Positions 49,501 to 61,500 of a DNA stretch of 64,000 bases are shown here, one piece after another. The notes beneath the pieces are model-generated. The model worked only from the letters and a program-made list of their open reading frames with translations, did not search any database and was not told the origin of the DNA. Source of the stretch: Podarcis liolepis (taxonomy: Eukaryota). The DNA is taken from the NCBI GenBank assembly GCA_965112155.1, contig OZ218098.1; one strand, given 5' to 3'. Position numbers and translations under genes: made by a program. The first letter of the stretch is position 1, and the number at the start of each line of letters is the position of its first letter.

Positions 49501-52500
49501 GCCAGTTCAAATCCCCACGCACGATAGGGTGAGCTCCCGTTGCTCTGTCCCAGCTCCTGCCAACCTAACAGTTTGAAAGCACACCAGTGCAAGTAGATAA
49601 ATAGGTACCACTGCGGTGGGAAGGCAAACGGCGTTTCCATGCGCTCTGGTTTCTGTCACGGTGTTCCGTTGTGCTAGAAGTGGTTTAGTCATGCTGGCCA
49701 CATGAGGTATTTTTGCCTGGCTGGGATGGATGCTTAGATGGATGGATAATAAAGCAGGGTTGGTGAGTGTGTGTACAAACTGACCTACCGTCAAATTTGT
49801 ATTGGTTCCTCTCTGCACATTTGCCTCTGGCCTTGTGCACCACTGATATGTGTGCCCCAGAAGGTTGCCCCAAAGAGAAGGCAGCCCTCAGGCTGAGAAA
49901 GCTTCCCCATCCCTGTCAATAGGGGAGGAATTGCTTATGTTTGTTTTGCAGTTCTGTATTAGCTTCACTTTGTATGTTGCCTAGTAAAGAGCAGTATGTA
50001 GTTTACTTGTCCATTTTGCAGTTGTTAGTTGCACAAGTGTTTAGACAAACCTCCTCAGATATCAATCAGGAATCTGTATATCCCCATGAAAACTCAATGC
50101 GTTTAATGTCTTTTAAAGTGCCTGAGGTGTCTAAGAGAGCTGTTCTAGAAGAGAAAAGATTTGTTTCAGAAGAAAAAGTATCTGTTGCCATTTCTAAAAG
50201 AGTGGAAGCTCCACCACCTGAAGGTATATGTGCAAATAATTAGAACTGCGAGGAATTTAACTGTTTTCAGGCGCTTTTTGTTGTCGCTGCTCTTCACTGC
50301 TCTTCCCTGTTAACATCTGCCATTACAGTTTTGTGTTTGTGTGTCTCTGGACATTTGTATAACATCTGACACCCAGGCAAGATCCTCAGAGGAAATGTCT
50401 TTTCTCAGATCCAATTCCTTGGTTATCCAGAATGTCAATAGCATTTACTATTTATCCATTACATTTTATCGCACCCTACTTCCAAGAATCTCAGGGTGAT
50501 ATACATGGTCCTTCCTTTCATTTTGCTTTTGCAACAACCTAGTGAGATGAGTTAACCTGAGGGATAGTGATTGGTCCATTCACCCAGTGAGATTCATGGC
50601 TGAGCCCCACATTCTAGTCAGACACACCTATATCATGGTGGCAGAAGTAAATGTTGCACAAAGTCTTACAGAAAACCTTGTGCAAGTGGAGGAGCTCCTA
50701 GGGATCTGGGGTAGATTTTGTCATTCAACGTTCTTCCATTAAGTCAGAAGCAGACCAACTATGCTTGGAAAAGGTTTTCTTCTAAATGAAGATCACCTTT
50801 GGATCTAATCCTTTATCCTTTCAATTTTCCATACTCTGGGGAAAGAAGTCATAGTTTAGGGGCAAAGTTGCACAGTGTAAGACCCATAGGACACCTGTAG
50901 TGCGACATGGGTTTTCCTACATAAAACTCCACCTGATTTTTCTTGTAAGAATCTGTCCCCTGATAGAGTCATCACATACCACAATGCAGGATTCCATAGA
51001 TCAAGAGACCTTAGCAAGTCATCTAGACCATTGCAGTAGCTAACTTTGATGTAGATACTTTGCTATTAATTCTCTTATGGACCTGTTGTAATGGGAAAAA
51101 TCTGAGATCCCTACAATTGCAGTGAAAAGAATGTGTGTTTCTGTGTATGCAAATCAGTTCATGTCCTTTGTATATGCCTGTTTGTAGTAGCTACACTGAC
51201 CTGGCAAGGGTGGTTATAGGACATCTAACCCCACAGCAAAATTAAAAATAACCCATCTTTAAAATATTAACAGTGGAAGAATGGCCTGAAGAGGTGGAAG
51301 AGGAGGAAGAAGTGGAAGAAGAAGAAATTTATGAAAGAGAGGAGGAGATTTCTTATGAAAGGGAGGAGGAAATTTCTTATGAGAGAGAGGAGATCTCTTA
51401 TGAGAGAGAGGAAGAGATTTCTGAAGTAACAGGTATGCCTCAATTCAACAGCCAGCAGCAAATGTTGGTATAGTATAATATCTGCCATTATATCCTTTGG
51501 GCTGAATTGAATGTAATTATTTAATGACCTTTTGAAATTAAGCCAGTCATTTGCTGCTTATGATATGATATGATTTACTTTGTTCGGAACCCAAACAAAG
51601 GTTTAAAAGAGTAAATTTAAGAGTGCATACACTTTTTCTTTTCTTATTTCCCTCCATCATTCTTATTTTCACATGAAAATACAGAAACAGACCCAAGTGT
51701 TCTTTTCTCAAATTTACAAATATAGGCAGAGCACTGCAAGCCAATTTGTATAAGAATAAAAGATTCCTACATTCCTACACAGATAACACATATTATTTAG
51801 GGTGGCTCAACTTTCAGAGCCTCATTCCTCTCCCAAGAGAGCTGGAACCACCAGAAACAGACAGAAAAAGAGCTACATATTTGAAAGAAATAGTATGTAT
51901 GTATGTATGTATGTATGTATGTATGTATGTATGTATGTATTCTTTCATTCATATGATCTATTACTTGCTTATCATTATAAAATAATTCCAAATATTAGTC
52001 ACCTTCATATCAGCCACGTAGAGCTAAACAAAACAAAAGTACATGAAATCTAACTTCCCTAAAGCCATTGCTCCAAGAGCTATGGAATTAAAGGATGTGA
52101 TCTAATACCCCATTTCATAAGGCTCCCCCTATTTATTACAAGAACCATTGAGATAGGCCCTTTCATGGATGTGACCTTTTCAAGGAAGTTGAGATATGTC
52201 ATCTCTTGCTGAAGTCACTGTGGATGTTTACATTGACTTCAATGGGAACTGGGAAGTAATCTACTCACTTTTTTCCATGAAATGGTCAGAAGAGAGAGTA
52301 TGGCCTCTGTTGAGAGGAAAGCAGGGATGGAGAACCTGTGGCCCTCCAGAGCTTGCTGGACTCCCAACGACCCCAGCTAGCATGGCCAATGGTCAGAAAT
52401 TATGGGAGTTGTAGTCCAGCAATATCAGGAGGTCTGTCCCTGGAGTAAACCTACCTGCACATGTACTAGGAGTAACATGAGATGAAAGTAAATATATGTG

Positions 52501-55500
52501 TGTTTGTAAGAGCTGTCACTTTCTTGTTTTGTTAATTGTATCAACATGTGCATGTCAACTGTTCAACTATACCTTCTTAATATCTTTACATTAACAGAAG
52601 AGGCCTACTACGCTGAGGAGATAGTGCATGAAGAAGTCCCACCAGTTAAAGGTATATCAGCAACTCCTTTGGTATTAAAGTATCAACTCTTCAATATAGA
52701 TGTTTGACAGCTGTCTGTCCCATGCTTGTTACTATTGTACTTGTGCTTGTTTTTTGTCGTTGTAGTGCTCAAAATATTATGAACTATCTTTTTTGACTAG
52801 CAAGGACCTGTTTGCAAATCCCTGTGCCTTTCTCAATTTTAAAAACCCTAATTGCCAGCAATGGCCCATTTTGCTTTCATATAACACCTTGGGTATCTTT
52901 TTATTCGGCTGTGCAGAGATGAGTATGTCTTAGTGTGTGTTTCTGTGTGTATATAAAACAGAATTAGCCTCTGAACATTTCGACTGAATTTTGCATTGAA
53001 ATATGGAGTCATCTCCTTATTTTTCTATACTGTTCGAATAACATGCACAGCGAACATAACTGATACTTAAATATTCTTCCTGAAGTGCCTGAGGTTCGGA
53101 AGAAACCTGAACCAGAAAAGAAAGTACCAGTTGCTGTTCCCAAGAAAGTGGAAGCCCCCCCAGCTAGAGGTATATATATAGACTGCTTTTTTCACTTAGG
53201 CAATACGTCTGGATTTTCTCGGACATTACTGGGATTTCAAAGGCTCAACAACTTTGTGGTTTGTCTAAAAAAAAAAGCTCAACAACTTTCAGGATGCCCT
53301 GGTTTTGACTTTTTGAAATATGGCAACCCTAGGCAAAATGCTCTTTTTTGTTTTTGTTTTTTTGGTCGCCTGTCATCTAAACTATTTGAGTTGATGTTAA
53401 TCTCTTTTGCATTAAGTGTGAGCAATTGCTTGTCTCTAAGCAATCTGGCTGTGGATTTACTCAGTGAAATGTATGTGTTGTAAGTTCTTAATGCGTTTTC
53501 CTATGGATGTTAAAATCACTCCAACGTTATAAAATTTTGTAATATTTTTAAGTGGCCAAGAAAGCTCCTCCTGAGGAACGGGCACCACCTAAAGCAAAAG
53601 AACCTCCAGCACCCAAAGGTAACACACACACAAAATCATGTCAGTAATGTGTTTTGTCTAGAGAGCGTCATGTATATATTTTGTTGGTCCATTTCACATA
53701 AGAATTATATGGGTTTCATGCACATTAATATCTTGAGGGACTGTCGCCATGTATTGGCCCCTCTTTCAATCTTCTGCCAGTAATGTTGTCAGTTCCTCGG
53801 TCTCTTTTACTGTCTCATTCATGTTTTATATATGGTAAATAATAAATCAGTATTTTTAAACGGAACTGAATTATATTCAAAATATATTCCTGTCATTCTG
53901 AGATGGAACCACATGCAATATTCCTACCTTTGTTTGTTGTCTTTAAGTGACCGAAGTACACAAGAAAAAGGTTGTCACTGAAGAAAAAGTAACAGTCACT
54001 AAGAAGGAGGAGGCTCCACCAAAAAGAGGTATATAAAGTTTTAAATTCTGTGGAATTTATATATGTGTATCTTAAGATTTCTTGGGAACTAAAGAACTGC
54101 ACAGCAAATGCGAGAAACCCAGGGGACTCCGTCCTCAAATATCTCCCTCCATGACGCAGAGCAAACCACTTTTGAAACCAAATGAGCTTTCAAAGGCTAT
54201 TTGTGATATAGCATAGGAGAGGAATATAGCAGGGGGAGAAATAATTTATTGTTCACACAAAAAAAGTTGTTTTTAGGCATGCCAAAGGTAACTCTTTGCA
54301 TCCTTCTTTTGCCCTAGTAATCGAATTATCTTAAATAGTCTGCGTTTCCTTTTCTTGTTTTATGTACAATGTCAAGATCTCGGTACTTTGAATCGTTTTG
54401 TTACCTGTACGTGATTTGTCACATGTACGTGATTTAAGTCACCTGAAAATTAATAATATCTTTCAAGTGCCAGCTGTGCCAAAGAAAGCTGTGCCAGAGG
54501 AGAAAGTCCCCGTTCCGGTTCCCAAGAAAGCAGTGGCTCCACCAGCTAAAGGTACACCTGCTTTCTCTGACTCTACAAGAGGGCTTTTGAATAGGTCAGA
54601 AACAGGCACCCGCTGGAGTTGTGAACCAGCTGCTTCTGATAAGGAAAAAGTAAACTTGACTAAATTTCACAGAAATGTTCTGCTCTGTGTCAAAACAAAT
54701 GCAGAATATTAGGGTTAAACTGGGACACTTGAAACGCTGGTGTTAATGAATTCCTGTAGGCACTTTGCCTGCACAACTTCAAACAGCTGGCCTTTGCTGA
54801 TCTGCAGCAGTTCATTGTGTTGACTGTGTAGTTTGTAAGGTATTTTGCGATATTATTTTTATGTGGGTAAAACTGCCATGTGCTTTAGACTTCTTATTGC
54901 ATTCTTGTTTTGTGAGGCATTTCTCTGTCACTGTTAAAAGCTGTCCTGAATCTTAACGTCCTTCTTGAAAGTTTTCTGTAGTGTACACTCTTTTGGACCT
55001 TTATTTTTTTAAAAGAAGAAAGAAAGAAAATAAATGATTTCATAAATATTATTTCTGTTTAAAAATCTGCAGTGAATATTTTACATTATGATGCCTTTGG
55101 ATAAGAAATAACTATTTCTGTTTTTGAAAAAGAGCAGATTCCATAAACCAAAGGCAGGCCAGTTAATTATCTAAGCATATTGTCAAGTTTTTGCTAAATG
55201 TATGTCTGCTTAATATTATGTTGTCATGTTGGTCTCCTGTATTAGAAAATCTTGAGATATCAAATGTCTATGAAGTTTTCTTTGTCTATAATCCTCTTAC
55301 AAGACCACCAACAGCGACACTTCAGAGTGAGGGTTTTAAATTCACCACGTGGTTTTCTTACATTTCCTATCTTTCAAGTGCCAGAAGTTCCAAAGACAGT
55401 TGTCTCAGAAGAAAAAATATCTATTGCTGTCCCCAAAAGGAAAGCAGCCCCTCCAGAAAAAGGTATACAAGCTTTGAAGTAAACTAAATCAAAGTCCAAG

Positions 55501-58500
55501 TGGTTAATGTGCTAACAACCTACCTATTAATTCCTATATCCAACCCTAAGTTATTAAGCAAATTCTTTTCTTCTGCTCCAAATACATTTGAGAGGATATT
55601 GCTTTGGGCACTCCCCTCCCCCAATTTATTTATTTTATTTTATTTAAACCTAGAAGGCTTGCCATAAAAGTTACATTTGTTTTGTAACTGCTTAATCATT
55701 CTTATCGAAATTCCCGCTGTCTGACTCAAATAGTGTTTCCCATAAGAAATGCTAAAGTTCAATACTCTGTCTTTAATAATAGTTGTGGAAGAGCACTGGG
55801 GGTATTCGGAAGAAATGTCTGTTTCTCTTCATACAGAGGAGGAAGTTTCGTATACAGGTATGAGCTCAACCAGGGTAGGGGAACAGGAATCCTAACCAAT
55901 TCACCGTATAGATTAATGGGCAGGGTGAGAAGGTAAAATGAACCTACTAGATCAGGCCAATGACCCATCTAGTCCAACATTCTGTTTTCACAGTGTTTCA
56001 TGGCATAGTTGTCAACTTTTCCCTATTCTTGCGAGGAATCCTATTCGGAATAAGGGAATTCCCCTTTAAAAAAGGGAAACGTTGACAGCTATGGCATGTG
56101 GGTGTCACCTCAGTTTTCACTTTTATATTAAAATGAGGTGTATCTAAAGGTGTTCTACTGATCCATTAGAGGCTTCCATCAGCCAAACGGTGAGGAAAGT
56201 GATTTTTGCCAAATCCCTCTTGTTCTTGCAGCTCCCATGCCTCTGCGCCGCAAATGTGCTCTGCGGGAGGTGGCATGGAAGATGCAGAGGGGATGGCAAT
56301 TTGGTGTAAACTGATGTTTCCTTCCCTGTTCTGATGACAGAAGCCTCCACTTTCTGGGAGTTGGGAAACAACCCAATCTGTCTTTTTCTTACATTAGCAG
56401 AATTATTAGTTCTAGAACTAAACCAGTGCGAATGCTAATTCACTAAAGAAGTTCACTGACATAAAACAGTGGTGCAGGATAGTATTCATGTAAGAATTGC
56501 TGAGGGTGTTCAACTTCATTCATAGTGAGGCAAAAAAGAAGCAGTTTGTTGGCCTAAACCACAGATAACAGTGGACATTTGGTTGTTTGGCTCCCCACAC
56601 CCTCCAACAGAGTAAATTTCACAGCTTGCATAAATTATTGGTTTGTTTGTTCATTTTTGGCTTGGATGACTGCTACAGTTGTCCCATCCCATAAAGCTGA
56701 AGGCTTAAATCTTCCCACATAATCTCTTCTAGAATGTAGAAATTTCTTCAAAATGTCAGTAACCTAAACAGAGACTTGGCATAATACCCACTTAATGTAA
56801 CCAGACTTTCAATGACTTCCATCCCTTTGATTTACCAGACATAGCAGCTTGCAATGAAAGTCCCTATGTATTATCTTGAAAAATTACTGTAGATTACTGT
56901 CTAGAGTATTTCTAGGTAATAGCACCTGAAAAAATGGGCAGCTTTCCAGTATGTTAGACATATAGACTCCACTGATCCTAACAACAAAATGGTGTATATG
57001 CACTACACCAGTAAGAAGACGGATGTATAAAGACTATACCTGCAACTATGCGTTAGCCACATCTTGTCCAAATGTTTGTTCATTTGTCTGGCAACTTAAA
57101 TGTTTGTTTCTGTCAAATTTCCTACTGCTCTTTATGGCCTTCTGTACCTTTACCATCAAAGTTCTGAAACATAAATATACTGTGTCTTTAAAGTTCCCGA
57201 AGAACCTGAGAGAATTCCCACAAAACAGAAAATGCCCATATCAATTGCCGCTAAAGTGAAGAAACCTCCAGCTAAAGGTACATTTAATATTGTGCCAATG
57301 TGTGCTCTTTGTGTGCCATAAGTGTATACTTATGTATACGTCTGCTGATGTATATCTGAGTGTTCTTGTCCTAGCTTGATTCTTTCATTGCACTGAAATT
57401 TGGTTCTTAGTATGCGTTTAATAATACGTTAGCTAAGACTCTTGAAAATTCGTATTTTTTAAGTGCCTGAAGTCCGTAAGACCGTTACTCGAAAAGAAGT
57501 GGTTCATGTGGAAGTTCCCCAATATGAAGAGGAGGAAGAGGCTCCCCAATATGAAGAGGAGGAAGTCACACAATATGAAGAGGAAGTCACACAATATGAG
57601 GAGGAAGTCACACAATATGAGAAAGAAGTCTCTCATTATGAGGAGGAAGTAACCCGATATGAGGAAGAAGTCACACAATATGAGGAGGAAGTACCTCAAT
57701 ATGAAGAGGAGGAAGTTCCTTATTATGAAGAAGTTCCTGAGTATGAGGAAGAGAAAGAGGTGCCTCCTCCACCTCCTCCAGCTAAAGGTAACATCCCAGT
57801 TTACAAGTGCATTACAAAGAAAGGATCTTTTTTTTAATGCTCTTGGTTAGGCTTTGGCTTTTGTTCGCTTGGTTATTTATTTGGTTTTTGCTTTCGGTTC
57901 ATTTTGCTCTCCTTTGTTATGAGATGTGTGCGGTGCAGCTCATGTTGCAAGTAGAAATAGCTGTAGTTGAATTAGAGAATATGCCAGAAACACAGGGCTT
58001 GTCCACACTAGGCAGTGTCTTTAGTCCTAGCAAAACTCTCAGGAATATATTTCATTTCCACCCAGGCTTCTCCAAGCTGAATAAAATGTCAATTCAGCAA
58101 GCTAGTTGTGTGCCAAAACCCTGTGACACCACAGTTCCCAGAGAGTAAATAACCAGAGAAGAAAACAGCATACAGTTTGGGGGTAAAATAGATTACAAAA
58201 ATATATACAGAACATCTGATAGCATTGTCCTATGCTCTACTGAATAGTGAGATCAGGAAGAAAATGTCTAGCATCCGATAGTGTCCCCATGTTCTTCCAT
58301 TGCCAACCACCCCTCTCCATGTGCCGAGCAATATATCTTAACCATAGGGGAGATGGGAAATTTCTCCTCCATGACCTTCCCTTAAATAACTTATCTTTGA
58401 CTCTTTGCTTTTGAATTACTCTCCCCTCCCAGCATCAGTGTCCCCATCTGCAGAAGGACTGTGGCTTTGTGGTAAAACATCTGCTTTGAATGTAGAAGGT

Positions 58501-61500
58501 TCTAGTTTCAATCCCTGGCATTCCCAGGCAGGACTAAGAATGTCCCGTTTGTCATTATACAGCCACACCTTGGAAGTCGAATGGAATCCGTTCCGGAAGT
58601 CCGTTTGACTTCCAAAACGTCTGGAAACCAAAGCTGCGGAAGCCCCATCAGACATTTGGCTTCCAAAAATAGTTCGCAAACCGGAACAGTCACTTCCGGG
58701 TTTGCGGTGTTTGGGAGCCAAAAGGTCCGAGTACTATGGCGTTTGGGACCCAAGGTTTGACTAATTGACAACGAGGAGCTAGATGGACCCAGTGGTCTGG
58801 CTTGATTACAAAAAAAACAGCTATGAATGCCCCATTTCACTGTATTCAGGAAGGAGTCCCAACACTCTGGAGAGGACTTTCAGGGGATGCAAGTGGCTGC
58901 AAGGGGGAAGAGGGAGCAAGCAACTTTCCTTCAGTTAACTTAGCTTGCGGGGGTCATGTCAGAGTGTTGCAATACAGCTGTGTTCTTATGGTGCGTCTTG
59001 GTGCGTCCATTCTTTTAAATACAATCTTATCCTTCAAGTGCCTGAGGTACCAAAGAAGCCTGTCCCTGAGAAAAAGGCTCCTCCTGCGCCTGTCCCCAAG
59101 AAGAAGGAAGCTCCTCCAGCAAAAGGTACATCATCTCTTCATTCGGTGTCCTCAAACTCTTGCTTTCAGTTCATTAAGTTTGTTGGCTTAGTGGCGTTAG
59201 TGGGCTGGGGATCAACGGTAGACATGCCCTTTGTTGACTCTCTGTTCTAATGTGCTGTGTGAACGGTGTGGTGTCCTCAACAATCTCTTGCCCTATCTTT
59301 AAAGTGCCTGAGGTGCCAAAGAAACCTGTCCCAGAAGAAAAGGTTCCAGTTCCTAAACGAAAAGAAGCCCCACCAGCTAAAGGTAAATCAGTGTGAGGCT
59401 TGCCCTGTGCAAATAAACTTATCTATTAGGCTACGACTAGGCTATTAATTGCAATGACGTACTTAGATTTTCCTGTTGTGTTGATGTTGTGTCATGACCC
59501 ACTCTGGGCACGTTTATGTGGTAAAATTGTTGTGCAAACTAAAAAAAAAAACCTGTGTTAATAGTCATTTGATCCTGTTAAATGTAACTTCTTGTTTATT
59601 TTCTGCGACAACAAAAAATCTTCTTGTGTTTTGTGTCACTGTTCGCCATCTTCATTTGGAAACCAAATTCTATGCTCAAAGTACTGTCTCTTTCAATTGA
59701 AGTGCCTGAAGTGCCCAAGAAAGTGGTCCCTGAAGAGAAAATACCTGTTCCTAAAAAGGTGGAAGCTCCTCCCGCTAAAGGTATTGTCCCCTTGTTCACC
59801 TGGTCATCCTTTTAAGCCTGGAAACTTGGGTTTCCAGGTGGGTTTTTTGGGGGGGGTTCATTTCCAGGTGGGTTTTTTGGGGGGACTACAATGCCCATCA
59901 TCCCTGGCCACTGGTTCTGCTAGCTAGGGATGATGGGCATTGTAATCCAAAAACACCTGGTGACTCAAGTTTGGAGAGCCTTGTTATAAGCAATTGACCT
60001 GCTACGTTACATAGCAGGGCTGCAGTTTGTTGAACCTCTCCCTGGGTGGTCAATACCATGAAGGGTGGGCCTGTAAATATAAATATTAAAGAAACATTAT
60101 ATCAGTGAGAAAAACCTGGCGGTTTCATTAAGAGCAGATCTGCAAATTCCCTTGCCCTTGTGGTTCAGATGCAGCACATTCTTCTTTTAGTTCTTTTGCT
60201 TTGTGGTGTCTAAATACCAGAAGGAGTCAAATCAATCTGCAAATTAATCTTTTTAAAGTGCCGGCCGTGCCGAAAAAAGCCGTGCCAGAAGAGAAAGTGC
60301 CTGTTGCGGTCCCCAAAAAACCAGAGCCTGCTCCACCTAAAGGTATCTGAAATAATATTTGAAAGTTATAAATTATACATACATGTGTAAGTGCTTTACC
60401 CATGGTTTAACACAGAGATATGTGCAGAATATTTCAACAAGCAATATTAACCATGCAGAATCAACAAGGATGTGTAGATTTGCAACCACAGACACACCCA
60501 CCCGAGATATCAATGGTTTTTGTGTTTTGTCTTCTGCTACATCTGTTCTTTATTTTTTGTGATACAATGTGCATACAAAGTCTGTTTCTTGGTGTCTTTA
60601 AAGTGCCTGAGATACCCAAGAAAGCTGTGTCTGAAGCAAAGGTGCCTCTTACTGTGCCCAAAAAACCAGAACCTTCACCAGCTAAAGGTATATCAACCCA
60701 GTCAAAATCAGTCTTGATCTCATGTGTTTCTTTAATCTTAGATGTGATGCTTGTGTATGTCAAATATAGATGTTGTCCCTTGCCTATCAGCTCTTTCTAT
60801 TTCTGTCTCTTTCTTTGTCACAACAAACCCATAAATCATATTCTTCAAATTAAATCCTTGAAGTGCCTCACATACCAAAGGAGCCTGTCCCAGAAGAAGC
60901 ACCTGTTTATATACCTGAAGAAGAGGAAGCTATACCTGAAAAAGGTACATTCAGCTCATCATTATCCTTATCAAAGACCTCTTTTAAAAATAAGAACAAT
61001 AATATGATCTGTGTCGTTTGCTTTATGTTCTCTAAAAGCCATGCAATCTGATCTTATGCACGTTTACTCAGGAATAAATTCTGCTAGTCGTGCCAAATTC
61101 TGGGCAAGCAGAGTTTTGCTCATTCAGTGGGACTTCCCTTTCCCCCCTTTTCCCCATGCACCCCCCAAAATCTGCTCAAATAGTCCCCTGACTTCCGTAT
61201 GTTAATTTTGAGGGTGCACAGAGGGGCACTGCAGGCGGGAGGAAACGACAGGGAAGTTCTGTCGGGTAATCAGTAAAACAGCACTGGAGACAATGAACGA
61301 TTACTCCCAAGTGAATGGGCATAGGACTGCAGACATACTTTTAATTGCAGTCTAAATACTTCTCTTTCTTGATCTGGTTTCGTGCTGCAATTTTCTTTAT
61401 AACGCCTCTGAAAATAATTTTACAAACCTGTTTCTAAAGACATAAATAACAGCACTTAAGTATTTAAAGATAACTGTTTCTATGTCAAGATATTTGCATA

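Noticed and set aside
376-52554. RBFOX TGCATG motifs (e.g. 40418, 42436, 42965, 43164, 45234, 52549)
   Set aside because: Roughly 20 seen versus about 16 expected by chance for a hexamer in 64 kb; enrichment cannot be claimed without conservation data.
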